Assembly (NCBI RefSeq): GCF_009914755.1
Contig: NC_060932.1
Length of the DNA: 64,000 nucleotides
Direction: 5' to 3' (one strand)
Origin: the human T2T-CHM13v2.0 reference genome, Homo sapiens
How positions within the stretch are numbered: the stretch's first letter is position 1; every line of letters starts with the position of its first letter. Both the position numbers and the translations under genes were made by a program. Positions 15,950 to 31,170 of the stretch are shown here, in pieces. The notes beneath the pieces are model-generated. The model was not told the origin of the DNA. It was given only the letters and a program-made list of their open reading frames with translations, and did no database searches.

Positions 15950-16448
15950 TGCATTATTCAGAATTCTCCAGAGAAACAGAACCAAAGGATATACATTTTG
16001 GAAGAAATTTATTATAAGAAATTGGTTCATGCTAACTCTTATATTAACAGAGGCAATTATGGAAGTTGAGCAGTTCTACAATCTGCCCTCTGCAACCTGG
16101 AGATCCAGGCGAGCTGGTGATATAATTCAGTCCAAATCCAAAGTCCTGAGAACCAGGAGTGCCAATGCCAAGGCTGGTGAATATAGATGTTCCAACTCAA
16201 ACAATCAGGCAGAAGGGAAAAGTGAATTCCTTCTTCTGCTGCCTTTTTTTTTTTTTTTCATTCTTTTCAGGTACTCAGCGAAGTGGAGTATGCCCAGGCA
16301 CACGGAGGAGGAGTACCATCTACTTTACTGGGTCCACCTACTCAATACTAATCTTATTCGGAAACATCCTCACAGACAGACCAAAAAAAACGTTTAATCT
16401 GGGCACCTCTTGGCACAGTCAAATTGAAACATAAAATTAATCATTGCA
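15950..16448 (-). mobile_element. MLT2-like (ERVL) solo LTR
   Basis: ttctccagagaaacagaacc ... cataaaattaatcat, the characteristic reverse-strand MLT2 ends. Confidence 0.75.
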
Positions 16449-17044
16449 AGAAGTAAATTTTTATTCCCTCTGGACTATATACATTATAAAATTAACCACA
16501 ATTTTGAAAATAAAATATATAATTCTGAAAACAATGTCTTAGCATTTCTTAGCCTTTGAAAAATTATTTGATAACATAATAATTATAAGCAGCAGGTATA
16601 TTTTGAGAAAATCAATCAATTTCTTGGCATACAATTAAATTTTTGTTTTATTCTATTTTTTTCCTGAAGTATATCCTGAGAAGTCTTACTAAAATATATA
16701 TTAATAATTACAAATAAAAATAATAGTATAATTTTATAGTATAATTATATATATAATTTAAAAAGTTTTAAAAAGAAGTCGTTTTAATCTCAAGGGTCTG
16801 AAGTGTATTAAGAAACTTGACAAAACACAAATTATTGACTGACATTTCTACAACAATGATCAACTATACAATAAATAAATATTTTATTTACAAAAATTGA
16901 ATGAATATTTATTATTTAAATCAATGACAACAGAAAGAGAAGTAGTTAAAAAATAAGTATTTACCTGTCAATTCTCCCGGTCTTTAGACCATGAAGCAGG
17001 CTATTACTAAAAAGGAGGTCAATACTTTATTCTTGTTTTTCAGA

Positions 17045-17290
17045 CAGTATGATCTGGAGTTGAACTACTGAGCTTTGTTTGAATCTGAGCTGTCATTTGC
17101 TAATTATGTGACCTTGAGAAAACTAGTTAACCTCTTTAAGTCACAGTTATCTCACCCCTAAAATTGGGAGAATAAATAGTTCCTATCTCAGGGGATTGCT
17201 CGGTGGATTCCCTAAGATAACGTGTATGATGCATTATGCAGTATGTGCGGCACAGAACTCCTACTCAATAAATGTAAATTATATTAATGA
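17045..17290 (+). mobile_element. MIR
   Basis: MIR core tgtgaccttg...ttaacctct...cagtt...aaaattgggagaataa, ending ctcaataaatg. Confidence 0.7.
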
Positions 17291-17984
17291 TGAGCTTTGC
17301 ATCTTGATGAGTAGGTTGGGCAAAAGATATCATCTTTATAGTACTTCTAGCCTTGGTTTGCAGACAGATTAGTTACTGCTATAAACTATTCCTTCCTCTC
17401 TTAGCTTTCAAATTCTCCTTCACGGTTCCTCAAATTACCCATTTAAGGATTTTGGATACCTAATTTAATTTAACAAACATTTATGAAATCATATATAATA
17501 ATTGCAATGCTTATAAACCCTTGCTTAGGGCCTGGCAGTATGGTAGATTCAATGAGACACTGAAACAAAATATAAAACGGTAGTCTATCATAAAAGGTGA
17601 GAGGAGAGTGAGCTGGAGTAGTTGAGGGAAGGGGAAGGGAAAGAAATGAAGGGAGGATGAGAGAGATTGAGAGAGGAGGGGAGGGGATGGGAGGGGCGGG
17701 GAACTAAGTTTCCTCACTCAGGCAATGCAAAGAAACCTTAAGATTATAACCATGTTCAACATATGATAGCACTACCTATCATAGCACTCTATATTTAGTC
17801 ACCTGCTTAATGGCTATGTTCACTAAGTGACCTGAGGTCTATTAAGGTAAGATCCCTGACTATTCCTTACCTCTGTATCCTTGGTCTTTGCCTGGCTCCT
17901 GCCACTTGGAAAGGATACAAAAATATTTATTAAACTAATAAATAAAAACTATCTTATCTCCTGCGGGTGATATTTTTGATAAAT

Positions 17985-18650
17985 TTTATTTTTAGCACAG
18001 TTCAATTTGCAAAACATTTGGGAAGATAGTACAGAATGTTGCCACATACCTCCTAATGTTTCCCCTATTACTAACATCTTTCATTAATATGTTACATTTG
18101 TTACAATTAATGAACCAATATTAATACATTATTTTTAACTAAAGACTACACTTTTTTTCAGGTTTATTTAGTTTCAACCTAATGTCCTTTCTCTGTTCCA
18201 GAATTTCATCCAGGAAACCATATACCATTTAGTCACTCTGTCTTTTTTTAGCTTTCTTTCATGTGACACTTTCTCAGATTTTCCTTGTTTTTGACAATCA
18301 TGAAACTTTTGAGAAATACGGGTCAGGTATTTTATAGAATGTCTTTCAACTGGAATTTCTTTGATGTTTTTCTTGATGAATTTTTTGATGATTGGTCCTG
18401 GGCTATAGGTTATGCCTTCAGGGAAAGAATACCACAGAGGTAAAGTGCCATTTTCATTACATCGTATTAAAGGTATCCACGACTGATCACTGTTGATGTT
18501 GACCTTAACACTAATCTTGGCTGAGGTAGTGTTTATCAAGTTTCTCCACTGTAAAATTATTATTTTTCTAGAACTCCTGGGCTCCAGTGATCCTCCTGCC
18601 TCAGCCTCCCAAAGTGCTGAGATTACAGGTGTGAGCCACTGCACCTGGCC
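17985..18650 (-). mobile_element. Old L1M 3' fragment followed by an Alu left-arm fragment (18570-18650)
   Basis: Antisense L1M 3' UTR-like sequence, then gaactcctgggc...cccaaagtgctgagattacaggtgtgagccac. Confidence 0.65.
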
Positions 18651-19054
18651 AACTTACACGTTTTATCAAGTGATTTATGTTCAGATCCAGTTTATGTTGA
18701 TCTGTCATTTCACTACTCAAGAAAAATCATAGTTCTTTAACTTCTACATTGTCTGGAGGACTCTAACATAAACCTCTTCATAGTTGTAGGATGATTAAAA
18801 TCAATGAAGAGAAATAGTTGGACTAGTGACCAAGGCCTTCACCATCATTTTTTTTAGACTACAGTTGCTTACCTTAGCTTTTGAAAAACTGGTAACTCCT
18901 ACTCAGTCATTCACTTAAATTTTCTATCAGGCATGATAATTGATGGTGGTAAAGAAAAGAAAGGAAGTCCGAGGAGAACATGAGAAGTAAAGGAATAGAG
19001 ATTAAAGGAAAGACCCTATAGCTGAAAGACTATCAGAAACATGTAATTTTCAGG

Positions 19055-19460
19055 GTATTGGAGCTGAACTGTGACCCTCAAAAATATATGACTATGTACT
19101 AAACCTTGGAAGACTGTGAGTGTTACCTTATTTGGAAAAATAATCTATACAGATGTAATTATGTTAAGAGTCTTGAAATAAGAAGATCATCCTGGGTTGT
19201 CCACATGGTCCCTAAATCCAATGTTAAATGTCCTTATAAGAGACAAACAGAGGGAAGACACACAGAGGAGAAAGCCATGGGAAGACAGAGGCAGAGACTG
19301 CAGAAATGCAAGAAATGGAGTCTCCCTAGTCCACCCCAAGGACGCATGACCCTGCAGCATTATACACTTTTGTCCTCCAGTACTGTGAGAAAATAAATTT
19401 CTGTTGTTTAAGCCACCACGTTTATGGTTATTTTTAATGGCCCCTTGGGAAATTAGTACA
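19055..19460 (+). mobile_element. MLT1-like MaLR LTR
   Basis: tgttaccttatttggaaa...aataaatttctgttgtttaagccacc...attagtaca. Confidence 0.75.
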
Positions 19461-20942
19461 GGAGGACTTCTTTACAAATCATCACAGTTATCAATAAAGA
19501 ATACATAAATGATCATAGCTAAAAACTGGAAGATTTATGTATGAAATGTGTGTGCTGAGTAATGCAAAGTTTTGCAGTGGAATAGGATGGCCTAATTAAA
19601 GTATCAGTGACTTTTTAGTTTTTCAAAGTGCTCCTAGATCTTCTTTGGTTTTATTTTTATGTTCATTTTCATGGACATTATTGGTACTACAGAACAGGTG
19701 AAACTGACTTAAGTTTCTCAGTTTAAGGAATTGATGTATTTTCTTTTTCTTTTCTTTCACAGTTTCAGCATATTTCTGACAAATACACTTTTCCTGGCCC
19801 CCTTCTCCTACAAAGGTAGAGGTGGCAGTACGTGTGGTTTTGGATGAACCTCTGATGCTGTGCTTATCATTACTGTGTATTGAAAATACATACTGTTCAG
19901 TGCTCAATTATTTCATATCAAGAAAAAGTAGAAATTGGAGTTTATAAGACTCTAATAATAGTAAATTATTATGCATGAGGCATTCTGTTAAGTATATTCA
20001 TGTACTGTTTGATTTATTCTTCACAACACCCTTATTAGGGGCTACTGCTGTGTCTTGTAGATGGAGAAATTTAAACCAATGAGCTTGTTAAAAGTCATAC
20101 AGCTGAGAGGAGATAGGATTACAATTCTAACATGGATCTGTCATTGTCCAGAAATATATCATTTAATCAAAATACCCTTTATAAGCAGATAATCACCCTA
20201 TCTTAACAGTTTGACACAGAGTCAATGTTTAACTAATAGTACTTGAGATTAACTTTATATTGCCTAATGGGGCAATAAATAAGGCAATGAAGAGGTAGGC
20301 CTTCAAGAACATGTCTTTCTTAGAGGAAAAACTGCCCAAAGCTGTCCCTCCAAAATAGGCTGCAGTATACTACTAGGATCACAAAATGTGGATGTTTTCA
20401 GATAAAATGTGTCCTAGAGTTAGTATAAAACTCTTGTTTTATGAATGAGGAAAATGAAGGTAGAGGTATTTATTGATTTGCTCAGGTATTACATAGTGAT
20501 AGAACTTGGACTAGAAGTACTGGTATTCAGCAGGACTAAGGTTATTAATGTTGCACCTCTTGGCATACATACTTTAAAACAGTCAAGTCCAAACTACTGT
20601 GGAAGAAACTTTATTTATAAAAAACTTTTTACTAAAAATGTTTGTAATGGAATATTTGAATTACGGTGGAAAAGCATATGCACCAAGAGACTCCAGATGT
20701 GACCATTAAAGAGAAGAATTTTATCAAGTAGAAGTAATTTATATGGTTTGGGCTCATTATTAGTTATATTACAGCCATTTAAAAATGCACGCTTACTTCC
20801 AATATTCTGTAAAAGGGTCAACCAAGTAGGTCTGTTATGCTGCCTGAAGAAATAATAAGTTCGTCTTTGACCTAGTCTCTGCCTGCTTCTAGTTTTTTGC
20901 CTATTCTAATTAATAAAGCAAGTAAGCTAAATTAAGAAATCA

Positions 20943-21213
20943 GGCCGTGTGTGGTGGCTAACGCCTGTAATCCCAGCACTTTGGGAGGCCAAGGTGGGCA
21001 GATCACGAGGTCAGGAGATCGAGACTATCCTGGTTAATACGGTGAAACCCCGTCTCTACTAAAAATACAAAAAATTAGCCGGGCATGGTGGCCGGCGCTG
21101 AGACAGGAGAATGGCGTGAACCCAGGAGACAGAGCTTGCAGTGAGCCGAGATAGTGCCACTGCACTCCAGCATGGGCGACAGAGTAAGACTCTGTCTCAA
21201 AAAAGAAAAAAAA
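20943..21213 (+). mobile_element. AluY with a ~25-nt internal deletion
   Basis: ggcgc|tgagacagg lacks the ctgtagtcccagctactcgggagg block. TSD-like aagaaatca / aaaaaatca. Confidence 0.88.
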
Positions 21214-21249
21214 AAATCACAAACTGGTATTTTGTTTTGCCACCATAAT

Positions 21250-23310
<2,061 letters not shown>

Positions 23311-23334
23311 TGTTCTTTTTCTTCAACTTATATT

Positions 23335-23483
23335 GTGAATATTTTAGGCATTATAGGCCATGCAATCTCAGTTGTAAATACTCAGCTTTGCCGCAGCCAT
23401 TTATAAATTAATGTGGATGACAGTGTTCCAATAACATTTTATTGGCAGCTGGTCTATGGGCTGTAGTTTGCCAAACCCTGCTC
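23335..23483. mobile_element. MER58A-like DNA transposon fragment
   Basis: attttaggc...tactcagct...gtgttccaataa...ggctgtagtttgccaaaccctg. Confidence 0.6.
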
Positions 23484-23644
23484 TAGAGACCACAGGCCTA
23501 GCCACCATTCCCTACTTCTCCATGCGAATCACTTTTTCTCATCCAGCCCTATAAAATTGACCTTGCTTTCCATTGTTATAAGTAACGAGAGTCAGTTATG
23601 ATTATATTACTATTTTATCAGAAATGCATGTACTTATTAGAATT

Positions 23645-24430
23645 TAAATATTTATTTAAATTGACAAGTAAAAATTGTATATATTTATAGTGTACAACAT
23701 GATATTTTGAAATATGTATACATTGTAGAATGAGTAAATCAAGCTATTTAACATATACCTTACCTCCCATAATTATCATGTTTTTTTGCAGTGAGAACAT
23801 TTAAAATCTACTGTTTCAGCAATTTTCAAATATACAATATATTATTATGATCTGTAGTCACTAAGATATACAACAGCTCTCTTGGACTTATTCATCCTAA
23901 TTTAAATGTTGTCCTTTGACCAATATCTCCCTATTTCCCCCCTGCCCCTCAGCCTTTGGTAACCACGATTTTAGTATTTCACTGAGTTCAACATGTTTAC
24001 ACTCCAAATATGTGAAATCATTAGGTATTTGTGTTTCTGTGCCTGGCTTATTTCACTTAACATAATGTCCTCCTGATTCATCCATGCTGTCACAAATGAC
24101 AGAATTTCCTATTTTTAAGGCTTAATCATATTCCATTGTGTATATATGCGACATTTTAAAAATTCATTCATCTGTTGTTGGAAACAATGTCCATTTCTTG
24201 GCTATTTTGAATATTGCTGCAATGAACATGGGGATGCAAATATCTCTTTGACATATCTATTTCATATCCTCTGGATCATATGGTAGCGGTAGTTCTATTT
24301 TTAACTTTTTGAAGAGTCACCATACTATTTTTTATATGGCTGTACTAATTTACATTCTCACCAACAGTATACAAGGACTCCCTTTTCTCTACATCTTCAC
24401 TTGCTTTCTTTTGTCTTTTTAATAATGCTG
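23645..24430 (-). mobile_element. L1MA 3' fragment
   Basis: Antisense L1MA 3' UTR (tgcctggcttatttcacttaacataatgtcc ... ttacattctcaccaacagt). Confidence 0.8.
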
Positions 24431-24454
24431 TAGAATGGACTTTAAAAAAAAAAA

Positions 24455-24725
24455 AAGGATCTTTCTCTGTAGCCCAGGCCAGAGTGCAGTGGTGCCATCA
24501 TGGCTTACTGCAACCTCAACCTCCTAGGCTCAAGGGATCCTCCCACCTCAGCCAACTAGCTGAGACTACAGGTGTGTGCCACCATACCCAGTTATTTTTT
24601 TTTTCTGTAGAGGCAGGATCTCACTATGTTGTCCAGGCTAGTCTTGAACTCCTGGGCTCAAGTGATCCTCTTGCCGTGGCCTCCTAAAGTTCTGGGACTA
24701 CAAGTATAAGCCACTGTGTCTGGCT
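24455..24725 (-). mobile_element. AluJ
   Basis: Diverged antisense dimer with gaactcctgggctcaagtgatcctc. Confidence 0.8.
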
Positions 24726-25530
24726 GAGAATGGGCTTTTTAAATTTGAGATTTCTGTCACTGTTTTCCTTTTTGCTGTTTATTTTTATTACATCAATTCC
24801 CTTTAATTTACTGAATATCCAACTAACCACCTTTGTAGTAAAACACAGCCAGCCAGATAATATTTCCAGGAGTGGTTGCTGACTTTATTGCCTTCTGAAA
24901 TTTCAGACAATGCTTATTATTATCAGTACAAAGTTACATTGAAGGCTGATGTTAAGCAAACAGCCAATTCAAATTTTTGCCTTGAGTAACTGAGAAATGG
25001 TAAAGAGAATGAGGGATTGAGAAAGGGTAAAGACAAGTCAGATAAGAGAAAATAAAAGTGAATTCAACATTTATTAAAGAAAGTAACATGAAACATTATT
25101 AGCCTCAATCTTTTTATTAGTTTTTCTAAAAATCAACTCAAGATGGATTAAAGATCGTAAAACCCAAAACTATAAAAACCCTAGAAGAAAACCTAGGCAA
25201 TACCATTCAGGACATAAGCACTGGCAAAGATGTGATGATGAAGATACCAAAAGCCATTCTAACAAAAGCAAAAATTGACAAATGGGATCTAATCTGACAA
25301 AGGTCTAATACCCAGCTCTATGAGAAAGTTAAACAAGTTTACAAGAGAAAAACAAACAATCTCATTAAAAAGTGGGCAACAGACATGAACAGACACTTCT
25401 CAAAAGAAAAGACACTTCTCATACTTTCGGCCAAAAATCACATAAAAAAAGCCCAACATCACTGATTATTAGAGAAATGCAAATCAAAACCACAATGAGA
25501 TACCATCTCACACTAATCAGAGTGGCTATT

Positions 25531-26015
25531 TGTGGGGAGTGTATGACAACACATTCAAGCTTATGTGCAAGGCATTTGAGGTCGAGGCATGGAAAAATGC
25601 TGAGGCACTATGTGCATATTGTTTGTGCATGAGACTGTAACTCCTTGACTCTCAAAACAGGACAAGGAACAGGATGTGTGATAAGGAGTGCTGAACACAA
25701 CACCTAAGAATGTGGTTTGAGTGTTTTTAGATGTAATAAACAAGGCCATTTGCGTCTCATGACCCGAGCACAAATAGCCACCTCGTAGATATTTCTTGTT
25801 TGCCTGAATTGTAGTTCAACAAACCTTCTCAATAAATACGTGGCAGACGGATCTTTTTAGATCCATCTTTGTAGATGCTTTAGCTCAGGCTCAGGTGGAC
25901 GGCCGTCTTTTTCCTCATTGCTCGCAGCACTCCCTTGGAGGAGTTGCTCCTCACCCCATTCAGCTATAATTGTCTGAATACTTATTTCTCGGTGTTCACT
26001 GCAGACCAACCTGCA
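25531..26015 (+). repeat. 5' LTR (485 bp) of the Trp-primed provirus
   Basis: Begins TGTGGGG and ends CCTGCA. AATAAA at 25735 and 25831. Its last 73 nt recur at 31936-32008. Confidence 0.93.
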
Positions 26016-26017
26016 AG

Positions 26018-26035
26018 TGGTGACCCTGACATGAT
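26018..26035 (+). promoter_or_regulatory. Primer-binding site complementary to tRNA-Trp
   Basis: TGGTGACCCTGACATGAT against the tRNA-Trp(CCA) complement TGGTGACCCCGACGTGAT: 16/18 matches, both mismatches being CpG transitions. It starts 2 nt after the LTR's terminal CA. A candidate major splice donor CCG|GTAAGA lies at 26092. Confidence 0.9.
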
Positions 26036-26158
26036 TGCCTTTAAGTTAAACGCATGGAGTAGGATGACTCACCAGTCTTCGGGGAATACCGGTAAGAGAC
26101 AGTCCCGACCCGTTTTCAGGACAGGACCAACCCGTATAATACTAGGGGTTGGGTTACC

Positions 26159-27760
26159 ATGGGCTAGGAGTTGACCAAAAAGCAGAAAGTATTTTTTAAA
26201 ACAGTGCAACAATTACTTAAGGCTATCCAGTTCACGGTAGAGTCTGGAGCTTTGCATAAGCTTGTGCTTTTAATTTGGCAGGAATGCCCTTGGTTCCCTG
26301 ATCAAGGAACATTAGAGTTATGGGAGCAGGTGGGATGCTGCCTGAAAAGAGGATTTGAGCGGGGCAATTTTACCAAACCACCTGGAGTCTGGTACGCTCT
26401 GCGTTGTACCCTCTTTATATTCCAGATCGTAGTCAGTCAGATCGCCCATTTTCTTCACCTGAAGGGAATTCAGAAGATTTACAGGGAAAGGAAACACAGG
26501 AACCAGAACAACAGGGAGGGGCTCCTCCCCCCACTTTATTCCCTTCAGTGCAGCATAAAGAAGAGACTTTTTCTCGCAATGATGAGGACGGACCAGAGCC
26601 TTTTCCTCCCCCAATAGAAAAGCCATTGCCCTCTTTTCCTCCACCCTTAAGAAGACCTTCATTCATTGGCCCCGTTCAGGCAACAGCATCTCCCACCCAC
26701 CTTGAGGAGATTGGAGGCCACCCAAGAGACGGTTCTTGGATAAGACCTCCAGCCAGCGAACATCTATCTATATGACTGGGTGGCCGCATCCCCTCGACAA
26801 ACTTCCCTACTAGAGAGATGCCTCCAGGAGGGACTTAGGGAGACCCTGAGGCGCTTTTTGGTGCATTCCCTGCCATTGTTCAAAATAACAGGAGACAGCA
26901 TGAAAGCTTGCCTGTCACTGTCTTTAAGGAGTCAAAAAAAAGTATCTGCGAAAATGGTGTACATTCATCCTTTACTCGGGATGGTTGAGGCTCTGGGAAA
27001 TGGTTATGAGATGATTCTGCATGATTGGAAAACTCTGGTAAAAGTTTTGGTCTCAGCTGCTGAATATACTGTGTAGTGGAGTGAGTATAGTGATCTAGCC
27101 ATGCAGCAATCTTTGCAAAATTTGGATAATAATATCCCAATACAGCTTGATATGCTATTGGGAACAGGGCCTTTTGCTTTAGCTCAGGCTCAGGTGCACA
27201 GTCATCTATTTCCTCAATGTTCGCAGCTGGTGATACAGGCATGGAAGAGAATACCCATGGGACAATCCCAGGGTTCCTCTGTGATAGTTAGACAGAGTCC
27301 CACAAAAACATACATCAAATTTATCATCTGATTGCTGGCTGCAATCGAAAGACAGGTACCCCATCCTGAAGCCACCAAACTTCTTATGTTGCAATTGGCT
27401 TTTGAAAATGCAAATAAGGATTGTCAGGCAGCAACAACCCCAGTCCGAGCCACTGCCACTGCCACTGCCACTGAAATTGGTGTGTTTACTGAACTGTGCC
27501 AGGATGTAGGCACTACAACTCATCTGGCTCAGACTTTTCCTGCAATGATGACCAGGGCCACGTGTTATAATTGTGGTTGAACTAGGCATATGGCCAAAGA
27601 ATGCCGACAAAAGGGAGTCCCAGAGAAATCAAAGGCCCCTAAAATACCCAGTAAAGAATGCCAGTGATGCGGTAAATGTAAACACTGGGCTAACAAATCA
27701 AAATTTGATAAGGAAGGAAACTCATTATCGGGAAATGGGAAAAGGGGTGAGACCTTCAGC
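26159..27760 (+). pseudogene. gag: Degraded gag (MA-CA-NC)
   Basis: Starts ATG GGC TAG (MG*ELTKKQ). Beta-type MA motif ECPWFPDQGTL; CA motifs VRQSPTK and LAFENANKDC; two decayed CCHC knuckles (CYNCG*TRHMAKEC and CQ*CGKCKHWA). Many stops and frameshifts. Confidence 0.9.
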
Positions 27761-28538
27761 ACCCAGAAAAGTCAATGGAGGAACACCAATCTCCAAACTT
27801 GGGGGATGGCTTTCCCTCCCGAGTCAGGACCAGAAGTAGCATCCATGACCTCTCTTCCACCACCTCTGGCAGCACAGGGCTGGACCTCGCAGTCATAACG
27901 GACATGGTGCTTAAAGAGCAAGATGGGGTCCAGCTGATTTCAACTGGGATCTATGGCCCATTACCCAGAGGGACATTTGGATTGATTATTGGAAGGTCTT
28001 CTAGTACACTTAAAGGAATTCAAATTTTCCCTGGAGTTACAGATTCAGATTATTTAGGAGAACTAAAACTTATGGCACAGGTGTCAGGGGTCCACACCAT
28101 CTCTAAAGGAACTCACCTTGCTCAGATTATTCTTATTCCTGATCTTCAAGGTAATGCTCAACAGAGACCACAGGGCTTCAGGATTCGGCCACTCAGGCAT
28201 GAAAGTTTTTTGAAGTAGTTTAGTGTCATCTCATAGTCCATACTTGGAAGTAACAATTAATGGAGTTATTTTTATGGGAATTATTGACACAGGGCCAATC
28301 AAACTATTATAGCTAAAAAACAGTGGCCTTCAGATTGGTCTTCCTCTCCTGCCTTATCATGTGTGTTGGAGGGTATCAACAGCAGTTAAAAAGTAGGCAT
28401 GTCCTTCCACTTTTGGGTTGGGAAGGCAAGGTCGCCCATCTTCAGCCCTTTATCTTAGAAATTCCATTTTCTCTGTGGGGACAAGATGCCCTAGAAAAGG
28501 GGGGCTTAAACCTCTCTGTCCCACCGCCCTTTTGGTAG
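27730..28538 (+). pseudogene. pro: dUTPase-protease (pro), degraded
   Basis: A G GGA AAT slippery-like site at 27730-36 puts the dUTPase ORF (27775-28218: GSTGLDL, GLIIGRSS, GVTDSDYLGELK) in the -1 frame relative to gag. Protease IIDTG, with DTG at 28286-94, and SLWGQD. Confidence 0.92.
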
Positions 28539-31110
28539 GGGCCACGGCTCCTTTGAAAATTATCAAAATCAAGTGGAAAACTACCAGTCCAGTATGGGTG
28601 GAGTAGGGGTCCATTAAGAAGGAAAAACTGGAGCATATTCAATGTCTAGTACAAGAACAACTAGATGCTGGCCACATTGAGCCTACTACCAGTCCCTGGA
28701 ACACTCCTATTTTTACTATTCCAAAAAGGTCAGGAAAATGGAGGTTATTGTATGACCTCCATGCTATTAATGCTGTGATGTTTCCTATGGGACCTTTGTA
28801 ACCAGGATTGCCTTCTCCGGTTATGATCCCCAAAGACTGGCCTCTTATTGTAATTGATCTAAAGGATTGTCTTTTTTTTTTTTTCACCATACCCTTGCAT
28901 CCTGAGGATTGAGACAAATTTGCCTTTACCATTCCCACTTATAATAATCAGCAGCCAGTTGAACGCTATCAATGGACAGTTCTGCCCCAAGGGATGATGA
29001 ATAGCCCTACTATATGTCAGCTTTACGTACATGAAGCTTTACTTCCTGTGTGTCAATCCTTCCCCCAGGCAAAAATCTTCCACTATATGGATGATATTTT
29101 GATAGCTGCTCAGCAACAGTCATTACTGCATCAACTTTATGCAATGGTAATACAGCATATGTCACAGTATGGTCTTGTTATTGCACAAGAAAAGATTCAG
29201 CTGATGGCTCCGTGGCTCTATTTAGGAAGTCTTATTTTGTCTACTACTCTTAGGTCGCAACTTACAAAAATAATTCTCCCACAGCACTTAAGCCTTAATA
29301 CGTTACAGCAAGTCCTAGGACAGATTAATTGGATACACCCTTATTCAGGCATTCCCACAAATTCTTTGACTAATCTTTTTGACACCTTGAAAGGTGGCCC
29401 TGCTTTAAATTTGCTGTGAGACCTCTCTCCACTAGCATAGGCAGAGCTTAACGCTGTGGAGCAAGCTTTGGCCCAACAGTGAGTCTCACATTTAGATTCT
29501 GACAGACCTATAGATCTTTTTATCTTTAATACCCCTCATAGCCCTACAGGGATGGTTGGGCAAGTTGGAACAGATGTCTCTCCTTTGGAATGGCTTTACC
29601 TGTCTCATAACCCTTATAAACATATGCAAAAGACTACAGATTTAATAGCTTCTCTTCTCATAAAGGGACACTGACGTTGTGTCCAATTGTCAGGATATGA
29701 CCCTGCTACTCTTTTCCTACCTTTAAGCAAGGAACAATTTCATACCCTCTTAGCTTGTGATCTTGATTGCCAAGTCGCAATGGCTTACTTTATTGGTAAT
29801 ATCAGTTTCCATTTACCGGCCTCTAAGCTCCTGAACTTTTTATAAACTGTGCCTGTTAAATTGTATCTATTGTTGCCTCTGAGCCCTGCTTCATGCTACT
29901 ACTGTCTTCACAGATGCTTCAGGAAAAATGGGAAAGGCAGCTATAGTGTGGCAAGATGCCATGCAAACTGGCAGAAAAAAAAATCCACAAAGATTTCACA
30001 ACTACACAACAGGCAGAGTTAGGTGTCCTAATATTGGCCTTACAAACTTTCTCTCATCAAGACATAAATATAGTGATTCCAATTATGTGATGTATAGTAT
30101 TATTCATTTAGATCTCCCACATCTGAAAGGTATTACTAATGAACCCCTACTAACCCTATTTCTCAAAGTGTAGACGCTCCTCTCTGCCCATCATCACCCT
30201 CTTTACATCACACATATTCACTCTCATTCTGGACTACCTAGTCCCTTATCAGAAGAGAATGCTCGAGCTGATGCTCTGGTACGACCACATATGTCGTTTG
30301 CAGACTCTCCTGCATTTTTGCGAGCTCAAGCTGATCATTCCTTTTTTCATCAGAATGCACACAGTCTTAAACAGCAGTTTCTTTGACACTTGCTCAAGCT
30401 CGCATGATTATTAAAACTTGTCCTGATTGCCAACAGCATTCTCTCTCCTCTTTTTCATTGGGACTTGGGGCCAACCCACGAGGTCTGGTACCTAATGCTA
30501 TCTGGCAAACTGATATTACTCAGCATTCACCCTTTGGACGCTTCAAATTTCTCCACGTTACCATGGACACTTATATGAGCCTGACACATGCTACTCCCTG
30601 AACTGGAGAAAAAACTAAAGATGCAATTGCTCATCTTTTTAAACTATTATGACCTTGGGTCTTCCACAAACTATGAAAACTGATAATGGACCTTGCTATC
30701 GTAGCACTCGATTTGGATATGCATCGCAATTTTGGCACAAACAACACAAAACTGGTATTCCTTATAACTCAACCGGTCAGACCATTGTTGAACGAGCTCA
30801 TTGAGCTTTTAAAGTATATCTTATATAAACACAAAGGGGGAATATGGGGCTCTCTCCTCGAGAACAGATAGCAATGGTCTTATTTACTCTCAATATTTTG
30901 AATATTGCACAAGATGCCTGGACGGCTATTGATCGTAGGATGAAGCCAGTTGAAGTCACAAAAAGAAAGGTGTTAATTTGAGACATTTGTACAGGGAATT
31001 GGGAGAAAGCTTATGAGGCACTGCAGCGGAGTCAAGGTGCGGTTTGTGTTTCACAAACTACAGGATTAGAGTGAATCCCCATAAAATGAGTGAAGCCATA
31101 TTATTAGTTA
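28526..31110 (+). pseudogene. pol: pol (RT-RNaseH-IN), degraded
   Basis: [27 protein letters not shown] and YMDD (29084-95); RNase H FTDASG; integrase HSFFH...CPDC, WQTD, KTDNGP and IVERAH. Confidence 0.95.
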
Positions 31111-31170
31111 GAGACCACCAAACAACCCCCTCCTGATGATAAGGAGCTGTCATTGGAGAATTGACCAACA

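Noticed and set aside
28527-28533. CCCTTTT as the pro-pol slippery heptamer
   Set aside because: It is not in X XXY YYZ register with the current pro frame. The -1 relationship is visible, but the exact site cannot be called.
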